Shown piece by piece: positions 25,512 to 34,107 of a stretch of 64,000 nt of DNA. Source of the stretch: an uncultured Desulfarculus sp. (GTDB taxonomy: Bacteria; Desulfobacterota; Desulfarculia; Desulfarculales; Desulfarculaceae); assembly GCA_963665125.2 (NCBI GenBank), contig CAXXUK010000001.1, positions 192,001 through 256,000 of the forward strand, read 5' to 3'. Made by a program: the position numbers and the translations under genes. Position 1 is the first letter of the stretch; each line of letters begins with the position of its first letter. A model generated the notes under the pieces. It did no database searches. It had not been told where the DNA came from and saw nothing but the letters and a program-made list of their open reading frames with translations.

Positions 25512-27179
25512 CTATATATGCACCGGCCAACAGGCGGTAATCAGAGTGCCGGTTTCCCCATCGCTGTAAATGTTGAACACCCCGCCGGAAAGTTCGGTGC
25601 GTTCACGCAAACTGGCCAGGCCAAATCCTCTCATGTCCGCTGATGAGGCCAATACGGCAGACACGTTAAATCCCTGGCCGTCATCATGTACCTTCAACTC
25701 CAAGTTGCCGTTGTGCAGGGCAAGGCTCAAGTTAACATTTTGTGCTTTGCTGTGCTTGGCCGCGTTATTCATGGCCTCCTGGACGAAACGGTAAATGGTT
25801 GTCTTCAAATCCTGGGGAATTTCACTTTCCTGCACCCCTATTCGACGCCGAACCTTGATGTTTCCATAGATTGAACAGAACTCACGGCAAAACCACTTCA
25901 GAGTCGCCAAAATGCCCAGATCGTCCAAGACCGATGGGCGCAGATCTTTGGACATGCGCCTGATTTCATTCACCGCGCCCTGGATCATGGGCACCATGGC
26001 TTCCAAAATCCCGGCCACATCCTTACTATCGCCTTCAAAAACCTTTTGATGGGCGTTTTCCAGGCCGAACTTGATGGCCGTCATGGTCTGGCCTATGCCG
26101 TCATGTAGTTCCCTGGCCAGCCGCCCCCGCTCCTTTTCCTGGATATCCAACAGCTGGGCCGACAACACCTTGAGTTCTTTTTCCGATTGCCGAAGCGCCT
26201 GTTCCGCCCTTATTCTCTTGCCGATATCCACGCCAATGCCAACCAGCAAGGCTCCTTCGGCGACCTCCATGCGCACGCCCGTCTGCAAGAAAGGTGTTCG
26301 GTTGCCGTCTTTCGCGACAATATCGACCTCGACAAAGGCCTTGCCGAACTGGAACACGTCTCGAATGCGCTGGGCTATCAACTCCTTTTCCTGGCCCGTA
26401 TAAAAATCCATGGCTTTCATTTTACCGACTTCTTCGGATGTATAGCCGCCGACAAGCTCGAGATTGCGGTTCCACTCGAGGAAGCGCCCTTCCTGATTGA
26501 GGACATAAAATATGCCGGGCAGGCTTTCGATCAGGTAATGGGAGAACTGCTTTTCCCGTACCAGGCGATTTTCGATTTCCTTGCGCTCGGCGATTTCCTT
26601 GTGCAGTCTTTGGTTGGCCTGCCGGAGTTCGTCGGTCCGGGAGGCAACGTGTTCTTCAAGATGCCAGCGGTTCTGGTTTAACTGGTGTTCGGCTTTCTTT
26701 TGGCCGCTGATATCGACCATATTGCCGACGTACGCAGGTTGACCTTTATATTTCGCGTCAACCGCGTCCAGTTCCAGCCAGATTATTTTTCCGTCCTTCC
26801 TATGCGCCCTAAAGCAATACCGGCTGGTATTTGCACCGCAACATTGCAAACCTTCCGTCAGATGCCAAACCTTCGCCCGGTCATCAGGGTGGGCATACTT
26901 CCAAAGATGGCTGTTCAGTAGTTCGTCCTTGTCGTCATAGCCCAACATGTCCGCCAGCCGCTGAGTAACGTAACGCAACAAACCACCTTGAATGATAAAA
27001 AAGCCGGAAAGTGAATGCCGCACCAATGTCCGGTAATGTTGCTCGCTGTCATGAAGGCGGTTTACCTCCGTGATCAACTCATCATTACGAGCCTCCAGCT
27101 CCGCGATTTTTCGGCGCAAACGGCTGGCATCACTTGCTCTAGGAGGCAGGGACCGACGCCTGCTCGATGAATCGGGCAT
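25512..27179 (-). CDS. Cytoplasmic PAS-PAS sensor histidine kinase (HisKA_3)
   Basis: Two PAS domains, ERGRLARELHDGIGQ, QEAMNNAAKHS, DDGQGF, GFGL; no TM segment. Confidence 0.92.
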   Translation of the reverse strand: MPDSSSRRRSLPPRASDASRLRRKIAELEARNDELITEVNRLHDSEQHYRTLVRHSLSGFFIIQGGLLRYVTQRLADMLGYDDKDELLNSHLWKYAHPDDRAKVWHLTEGLQCCGANTSRYCFRAHRKDGKIIWLELDAVDAKYKGQPAYVGNMVDISGQKKAEHQLNQNRWHLEEHVASRTDELRQANQRLHKEIAERKEIENRLVREKQFSHYLIESLPGIFYVLNQEGRFLEWNRNLELVGGYTSEEVGKMKAMDFYTGQEKELIAQRIRDVFQFGKAFVEVDIVAKDGNRTPFLQTGVRMEVAEGALLVGIGVDIGKRIRAEQALRQSEKELKVLSAQLLDIQEKERGRLARELHDGIGQTMTAIKFGLENAHQKVFEGDSKDVAGILEAMVPMIQGAVNEIRRMSKDLRPSVLDDLGILATLKWFCREFCSIYGNIKVRRRIGVQESEIPQDLKTTIYRFVQEAMNNAAKHSKAQNVNLSLALHNGNLELKVHDDGQGFNVSAVLASSADMRGFGLASLRERTELSGGVFNIYSDGETGTLITACWPVHI

Positions 27180-27477
27180 AAAAGACCTTCCAATGCGCGG
27201 AAAAGACAGTATGGCTAATCATCGATACGGAAATGATATATTGATCCAACCCATGAAAAACAGACCTTTGATAAAGCGGCAGCCTGGTTTTTAAGGCTGG
27301 CGGGCCTCTGTGGCCATTGGTTCATGGCATTCAGGTCTCCCGGCGCCTGCCGATGATCCGCTTGGCAGTGAAGCGCATACTGCCCATAAAGCCTCATCAA
27401 ACAGTTCGGGTTGGACCATGCGGTCCAACCCGTTTTTGCCGGCACCCTCTAGTATTGAGCTCAACCGCCGCGCGTCA

Positions 27478-29349
27478 TCATGAGATGATTTCGTATTGGA
27501 AAGTATAACGGGACAGCAGATTCACCACCTTTTCACCCACCATTTGCCCCTTATTGTCTTTGATTACGTTGAGCCTTAGTATGGCCTTGGCGCCGTATTT
27601 TTTATCGTCAACCACTTCAACGCTCCAATCATCGGGTGAAATATCAAGTTTGCTCAACTCGTCGGCGCAGACTCTTGCGATACTGTCTTTCCTGAGGTCC
27701 GGCTTGAACACCTTGCCCACAGCGGTAAGGGGAATGGCGTCGCACACTATTACTTCCTTGGGGACTGCGGCCCGCTCGGTTATATGCAGCGCGGCATGGG
27801 CCATAAGCTGATCCCGGGTGATGTCGGCCCCTTCGGCCAGCTGCACATAAACCACGGGCACTTCACCTGAGTGTTTGTCCGGCCGTCCCACAGCCGCCGC
27901 CGTGGTCACCTGGGGATGGCGGAACATGGCTTCCTCTATGACGCCCGGATCAATATTGTGGCCGCCCCTGATTATCAAGTCCTTTTCCCTGCCCGTGAGC
28001 CACAGGTAACCGTCCTGGTCCAGGCGGCCAAGGTCGCCGGTGTTGAACCAACCGTCATCCAACCATACCCCCTGGTTGTGCTCGTTTTCCACATAACCTT
28101 GGAAAACGCAGGGCCCGCTAATAGCCACCGCGCCGATTTCGTTGGTATCGGCGTATCTGGCGAATTTGCCTTCGTCATCCAAAAGCACTGTCCGCACATC
28201 ATGGTAAGGCAACCGTAATCCGACACTGCCGACCTTGCGCTCGCCGTCTTTGGGATTGGCAGCCGAGGCCACGGCCGCCTCGGTCATGCCGTAGCCCTCC
28301 AGGATTTTCATGCCGGTTTTTTCCTCAAAGCGGTTGAACAACTCCACGCTTAAGGGCGCCGCTCCGCAGAGTACATATTTCAAGGACGATATGTCCGCGC
28401 CGTCCAAAGGCAATTCGAGCAGAACCGATAACACCGTGGGCACGCATGAAAAATACGCCGGGCGGTAATGCTCGACGATTTTGAAGAAGTTGGCCATGAC
28501 CGCCTGATCGCGAAAACCGGAGGGGGAGAGCATCACCACGTGCGCGCCCGCGGAAAAAGGCGTTAGCCCGGTTACGATAGTGCCGTTGCAGTGGAAGAGG
28601 GGCAAACCCTGCATCATGGTTTGGCCCCGCTGTATCTCCATGGCCATGGCCAAAACCGAAGCCATCAGCATCTCGTTCATATGGCTTCGGCGGGCCAGCT
28701 TGGGCCGTCCGGTGGTGCCGCCGGTGTGGTAGATGCTGGCCGTCTGCTCCGGAGAAAAATCGCGGTGGAAGTTGAGTTTGTCGGCGGGCTGCTTGTCAAG
28801 CTCTTCATCAAACGAATAGATGCCGTTTTGAGGATCAGCCTGGCCCATGACAACCAGCAAGGCCTCTAGTCCCGGCAATAATTTGCGGACTTCCATGGCC
28901 TTTTGCCATATGTCCAGGCCCGGCATATCGCCCAAGGTTATCAAAACCTTGGTGCCGGCGGCCCTGCATATATCGGCAATTGCCGGGGCCTCCAGCAGGG
29001 GGTTTATGGGATTGGCAATGCCAACCGCCTCCGCACCCCAGAGGGCGAAAAAGGTTTGGGGTGAGTTGGGCAGCAGATAGGAAACCGTGTCCTGGGGCCC
29101 AACTCCCAACTGGTTCAACAGGTTGGCGGTCTGGGTTATGCGGCCCAAAAATTGGCCATAGGACACCTTCACGGGCTCGGTGTATGTATCCCCGGAAAAA
29201 ATGAAGCTGATGGCTGTCTGTTCCGGATCGGCCAAGGCAGCGGCAGCGATCTGATGGTAGGTGGAAGGAAAGGTCACACGACTGGAATGGGGTGCTTTTT
29301 CGATGTTCTCCACATCGGCCAAACTAGATATTTTAAATACCATGGTCAT
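27478..29349 (-). CDS. AMP-forming acyl-CoA synthetase
   Basis: HTGGTTGRPKLA, EGYGMTE, NTGDLG, GREKDLIIRGGHNIDP, TAVGKVFK. Start 29349 or 29343. Confidence 0.92.
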   Translation of the reverse strand: MTMVFKISSLADVENIEKAPHSSRVTFPSTYHQIAAAALADPEQTAISFIFSGDTYTEPVKVSYGQFLGRITQTANLLNQLGVGPQDTVSYLLPNSPQTFFALWGAEAVGIANPINPLLEAPAIADICRAAGTKVLITLGDMPGLDIWQKAMEVRKLLPGLEALLVVMGQADPQNGIYSFDEELDKQPADKLNFHRDFSPEQTASIYHTGGTTGRPKLARRSHMNEMLMASVLAMAMEIQRGQTMMQGLPLFHCNGTIVTGLTPFSAGAHVVMLSPSGFRDQAVMANFFKIVEHYRPAYFSCVPTVLSVLLELPLDGADISSLKYVLCGAAPLSVELFNRFEEKTGMKILEGYGMTEAAVASAANPKDGERKVGSVGLRLPYHDVRTVLLDDEGKFARYADTNEIGAVAISGPCVFQGYVENEHNQGVWLDDGWFNTGDLGRLDQDGYLWLTGREKDLIIRGGHNIDPGVIEEAMFRHPQVTTAAAVGRPDKHSGEVPVVYVQLAEGADITRDQLMAHAALHITERAAVPKEVIVCDAIPLTAVGKVFKPDLRKDSIARVCADELSKLDISPDDWSVEVVDDKKYGAKAILRLNVIKDNKGQMVGEKVVNLLSRYTFQYEIIS

Positions 29350-29651
29350 CTCCACTCTCCTTGGCTGACTGTTGATTGGGATGTTTCTGCAAGAACTTGG
29401 AAACAGGCGACAGGGAAGGGTTCCGCAGACTTCAAGAAACAAATAAACATATATAGTTTATTAGTATTATGCTTTGGTCATGTCAACATTTTGTTGCCAG
29501 CCTTGAGATAAACTTGCCTTCCTGACCATGCCGGACAGCCATATTTCTACATTGATTCCGTTCATTGCTTCGAGCCACGTTGTTTTTAAACTACAAAATC
29601 AAGATGTTATCCGTTTAGAAAAAACGGCTTGACTTGGTGGGTCCGCATAAG

Positions 29652-29674
29652 AAACTATAATACCGTTCTAGTTT
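29652..29674. promoter_or_regulatory. Candidate operator, imperfect palindrome
   Basis: AAACTATAA-TACCG-TTCTAGTTT (8/9 paired) overlapping a TATAAT upstream of the TRAP-TetR operon. Confidence 0.4.
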
Positions 29675-29989
29675 ATAATTATTTACAACGGAACAAGCCA
29701 ACGGCGACTAAAAGGCGCGGGCATCTTTTGACGAGGCAAACAGGCAATAACAAGGGCAACAGGCACGGTTAACAACAGGCGGAGGTGGACCACCCAAACC
29801 AAAGGCAATCAAAGGAACCACAAACAGTATTCGAGGCCGTTTTTCCATCAGGCAAAAGCGATCATCTTCAATAGGGCATCCGCCGGAAACAATCCGGATG
29901 ACCGCGGCCTCCGACTACCAATTGCGGGCGTATCGGCGGTTTTATCCCGTCACCAAAGACGCGTCCCCGCAAACTCGAGAGGGTTGAAG

Positions 29990-31084
29990 ATGAAAAGTTA
30001 CAAGCAATTAGCACTGTTCGCGGCATTGGTTCTCCTATTGATCCCGGCCGGCTTCATCGGGCAAGGAAACGTCTGGGCCGGATCAAAGACTATCAACCTC
30101 AAAATCGGCATGGCCAAACCCATCCAGGCAGGCATGGCCTTCGCCATTGTCAAAAGGATTTTCCAGGCGGAGGTGTCGCGGCGGGTTGCCGAGGAAACCG
30201 ACTATGAAATCAAATGGACCGAGGCCTACGGCGGAACGGTGGCCAAGGACGGCGAAGTCCTGGAAGCGGTGCAAATGGGCCTGCTTGACATCGGCTACGT
30301 GATTTACCTTTTCGAACCGGCCAAGCTCTTCCTGCACAACTTTGGATACTTCGTACCCTTCTCCAGCCCGGACCAAGAGAGCGTAAACAAACTGACAGAG
30401 CAGCTTTTTACGGAATTTCCCGTCATGGTCGACATCTTTGAAAAGCAATACGGCCAAAAGATGCTATGCAACCTCACCGCCAGCAGTTACCAACTCATCA
30501 CCACCTTCCCAGTTACAAGCGCCGAAGATCTAAAGGGCAAGAAGATAGCCGCCGGCGGGCCGAACCTGATCGCCGTCAAGCCCCTGGGTGCCGTTCCGGT
30601 GCAGTCGTCCATCGGCGAGGGATACACTTCATTCAAAATGGGAGTCTATGAGGGCTGGATCGTCCTCGAGTCGATCATGGCTGGTCTCAAGTGGCCCGAA
30701 GTCGCCCCCTACGTGACAATCATCGACCTGGGCTCCCCCCCGGCCGCAGCCCTGACCATCAACCTGCGCACCCTCGACAAGCTCCCCCCGGAAATCAGAA
30801 AAATCATCATTGAAGCGGGCAAAAACCTGGGTGTTGCCGGTCCCAAGGTCGTGGCGGAATTTGATAAAAAAGTCAGGAGAGCCCTCGCCAACGGCGGGGC
30901 CAAGATCAGTAGCCTTCCCGAGGCCGAACGCGTCAAGTGGGCCGACGCCCTGCCCGAGGTCGCCAAAATGAAGGCCGAAGAAGCCGACGCCCGCGGCCTG
31001 CCAGGAACGGCCTTGATCAAGCGTTACATCCAGATGCAACAGCAGATGGGCTACCACTTCCCCCGTGTCTGGAACGTGGAATAG
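29990..31084 (+). CDS. dctP: TRAP transporter substrate-binding protein
   Basis: Signal peptide; WTEAYGGTVAK..EVLEAVQMGLLDIG, EDLKGKKI; followed by dctQ/dctM. Confidence 0.88.
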   Translation: MKSYKQLALFAALVLLLIPAGFIGQGNVWAGSKTINLKIGMAKPIQAGMAFAIVKRIFQAEVSRRVAEETDYEIKWTEAYGGTVAKDGEVLEAVQMGLLDIGYVIYLFEPAKLFLHNFGYFVPFSSPDQESVNKLTEQLFTEFPVMVDIFEKQYGQKMLCNLTASSYQLITTFPVTSAEDLKGKKIAAGGPNLIAVKPLGAVPVQSSIGEGYTSFKMGVYEGWIVLESIMAGLKWPEVAPYVTIIDLGSPPAAALTINLRTLDKLPPEIRKIIIEAGKNLGVAGPKVVAEFDKKVRRALANGGAKISSLPEAERVKWADALPEVAKMKAEEADARGLPGTALIKRYIQMQQQMGYHFPRVWNVE

Positions 31085-31097
31085 GAGCCCAAAATCA

Positions 31098-31649
31098 ATG
31101 GAACCATCCCAATCCCGGCCCCAAGCGGCCCAACCCAGCATTAACGGCGGCTCCGGCCCGGTCGGGGCCGCCTTTCGAAAGTCCCTGACCTGCCTGCATA
31201 TCGCCGGGTCCTGTTTGATCCTGGTGATGATGCTGGTCATTGTATTCGATGTGCTGGGCAGAGCCTTTTTCAACCATCCGCTCACCGGCGCTCCCGAATT
31301 GGTGCGGGTCTGCGTTGTGGGGGTCTTGTTTTTGGGCCTGCCGGAGACATTTCGCGCGGGCAAACAGATCCGGGCAACATTGCTGCTGAACAAGGTCTCC
31401 GGCCGCGTTTTGCCCGCTTTGGACCTGTTGGCGCATCTTGGCGGCGTTCTGCTCTTTGTGTTGCTGGTCTACTCGAGTTGGGACCTTTTGGTTCAAGCCT
31501 GGGAAGTCGGCGAGTTTGAAGGGGCGGGGGCCTTGCGGGTGCCGACCTATCCCATTCGGGCCCTCATCGTTGTCTCCGCGGCCCTTGCCCTGATCCAGCT
31601 TGCTATATCCGCCTGGCATTCGGCAAACAAATTCATTGGAAAGGACTAG
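31098..31649 (+). CDS. dctQ: TRAP transporter small permease
   Basis: 4 TM; DVLGRAFFNHPLTGAPEL, IRATLL. Confidence 0.88.
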   Translation: MEPSQSRPQAAQPSINGGSGPVGAAFRKSLTCLHIAGSCLILVMMLVIVFDVLGRAFFNHPLTGAPELVRVCVVGVLFLGLPETFRAGKQIRATLLLNKVSGRVLPALDLLAHLGGVLLFVLLVYSSWDLLVQAWEVGEFEGAGALRVPTYPIRALIVVSAALALIQLAISAWHSANKFIGKD

Positions 31650-31656
31650 TGAGGCG

Positions 31657-32985
31657 ATGGACCCGGTAACTGTTGGAATTTTGAGCGTCGGCCTGATCGT
31701 CGCGCTGGTCGTTTTGGGCATTCCCATTGCCGTCTCGCTGGCCCTTGTCAGCATGGCCGGCCTATGGTGCATCACCGACAACATGATGGTGCCGGTGAGC
31801 ATGCTTGGATCGGCGGCCTTTCACGGCGTATTCGACTACACCTACTCCGTGGTGCCGATGTTCGTCTTGATGGGCTTTCTGGCCAACCTGAGCGGCGCGG
31901 CCGAGGATGCCTATGATTTCGCCGCGGCTCTGCTCAAGGGCCGCCGGGGCGGTTTGGCCACGGCAACCGTGGGAGCCAACGCTGTTTTCGCGGCGGTGAC
32001 AGGCATCAGCGTCGCCTCGGCGGCAATGTTCAGCAAAGTCTCTCTGCCGCCGATGCTGCGGCACGGCTATAAAAAGTCATTCAGCCTCGGCACCATCGCG
32101 GGTTCGTCCATCCTGGGCATGCTCATACCGCCCAGCGTTTTGCTTATTCTTTACGGCGTGGTGGCGCGGCAATCCATCGGCGCGCTTTTTACCGCGGGAA
32201 TCATGCCCGGCATATTGTTGGCCCTTGTCTTTGCCTGCGGCATATGGCTCATGGTGCGCCTGCGGCCGGATCTGGTAACCGACCAAAATTCCGAAACGTC
32301 AACAGCCGAAAGTGGCGATCAAAGGCTTGACTTGAAAATGGTGCTGAAGATCATCCCCGTGGGCGTGTTGATAACCTTGGTGTTGGGCGGCATCTATTGC
32401 GGGATATTCACTCCCACCGAGGCCGGCGGCGTGGGGGCCTGCGGCGCATTGATCCTGGCTCTGGCCAAGGGCCGCCTGAGCGGTAAAAATCTTTGGCAGG
32501 TGCTGCTTTCCACCGGCTATGTCTCGGTGGGGATCCTGTTCATCCTGGTCACGGCAAACATGTACGCCCGGATGATCACCCTGAGCAACCTGCCGGCGGC
32601 GCTTTGCGAGTGGCTGGCCGTACTGCCTTTGCCCCCCCTGGCCGTCATGGCCGTGCTGGTGGTCTTGCTGATCGTCCTTGGGGCCATACTGGATTCCACA
32701 TCAATAATATTGATCACCCTGCCGATCATGCTGCCGGTGGTGACGGCCATGGGCTTCGACCCCATATGGTTCGGTGTCGTGGCCATCATAGCCATTGAAA
32801 CCGGATTGATCACTCCGCCGTTCGGGCTGGTGGTCTACACCATGAAAGCCACGGTAGGCGACGACGTTACGGTTGAGGAGATATTCAAGGGATCGGTGCC
32901 GTTTTTCGTAATGATGCTGATGGTTCTGGCCCTGGTGATCGTGTTTCCGGCCCTGGCGCTCTGGCTTCCCGGATTAAGTTCATAA
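31657..32985 (+). CDS. dctM: TRAP transporter large permease
   Basis: VPMFVLMG, LGMLIPPS, FTPTEAG, GFDPIWFG, GLITPPFG. Confidence 0.93.
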   Translation: MDPVTVGILSVGLIVALVVLGIPIAVSLALVSMAGLWCITDNMMVPVSMLGSAAFHGVFDYTYSVVPMFVLMGFLANLSGAAEDAYDFAAALLKGRRGGLATATVGANAVFAAVTGISVASAAMFSKVSLPPMLRHGYKKSFSLGTIAGSSILGMLIPPSVLLILYGVVARQSIGALFTAGIMPGILLALVFACGIWLMVRLRPDLVTDQNSETSTAESGDQRLDLKMVLKIIPVGVLITLVLGGIYCGIFTPTEAGGVGACGALILALAKGRLSGKNLWQVLLSTGYVSVGILFILVTANMYARMITLSNLPAALCEWLAVLPLPPLAVMAVLVVLLIVLGAILDSTSIILITLPIMLPVVTAMGFDPIWFGVVAIIAIETGLITPPFGLVVYTMKATVGDDVTVEEIFKGSVPFFVMMLMVLALVIVFPALALWLPGLSS

Positions 32986-33017
32986 GGCTTGCCAAACTAC
33001 AGGAAAATGTATTTCAT

Positions 33018-33650
33018 ATGACCAACCCACACGAGAGCAACACAACGGTACATCTTTCCACCCGAGCACGAAGGCTGGAAATGGACGAAAAAGCCACTCA
33101 AATACTGGATGCGGCCCAACAACGATTTGAGCGTTTTGGAATCAAAAAGACTACTGTCGATGAAATATGCAGGGACGTCGGAATATCCAAAAACACGCTT
33201 TATGATTATTTCCGCAGCAAAGAGGATCTGTTCGTATCAACGTTTATCCGCGAGGCCCAAAAAAACCGTGATTTGGTCCTGGAAAAGATGCGTGACCTTG
33301 ACGATCCGCTGGAAAAAATCCAAAAGCTGTTCAACTTTGCCGTAAATCGCCAATGGAATCAATCTTTTATGGTGATGGTGCTGCAGGACAAGGACGGCCT
33401 TTACGACTTTTTTCTGAAAGACGAATACCGGCTACAGGTCGAAGAGGGAGTACTGTCGATTATCGACGATATCCTGCAATGCGGGGTACGGGATGGCAAG
33501 TTCCGGGACATGAACACCCACACGGTGGCTTATTTTTTATTCAAGCTTTTCCAGAGTATAACCTTTGCCCGGACGCAGTCCATCAAAGGAGATGATCAGG
33601 ATTTGGATGAACTCATAGCCCTTATCGTGGCCGGTGTCGCAAAACACTAA
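33018..33650 (+). CDS. TetR/AcrR-family transcriptional regulator
   Basis: ILDAA...GIKKTTVDEICRDVGISKNTLYDYFRSKEDLF. Alternative start 33081. Confidence 0.92.
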   Translation: MTNPHESNTTVHLSTRARRLEMDEKATQILDAAQQRFERFGIKKTTVDEICRDVGISKNTLYDYFRSKEDLFVSTFIREAQKNRDLVLEKMRDLDDPLEKIQKLFNFAVNRQWNQSFMVMVLQDKDGLYDFFLKDEYRLQVEEGVLSIIDDILQCGVRDGKFRDMNTHTVAYFLFKLFQSITFARTQSIKGDDQDLDELIALIVAGVAKH

Positions 33651-34107
33651 AAGACCGAGGTCCAACCTTTCCTGAAAATTGACCAGCCCCTTGGAAAGTT
33701 TTCCGTTTGTTGAATTCGGTGAGCGAAGTTACTTCGGACAAATTGATCCTCAAGGATGCGCTTGAGGGTAGCCACCATGCCGATAGGGAACGGCACCGGA
33801 TCGGCTCCATTGGCCGGCATCCAAGTTGAAGCCACATGGCGCAGATCAGGCGAGAGGATCGAGCTGTCAACGTGTTCCGTGCCCCGGACACGTTTCAGGC
33901 CTCCGACATTGCTACCGCTGAAATTGGCCGTTTTGTCCTGATCATTCCCGGCGGTTTTTCATCTTGGGAGCATTGGCTTGGCCGCGGTTTCGGCTGTCTT
34001 GTGGAACCACATTTTTGGCCTGGCATACACCCAGCAGCTTGCCTGCGGCGGAGCCCTAACCTAAACTGAATAGATTGGTTACACATCCAAAGCGGGAACG
34101 GTGCGTT

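Noticed and set aside
33650..34075. Possible gene remnant between tetR and the ATPase
   Set aside because: Several short frames exist but none matches a family I recognise; BLASTX would be needed.
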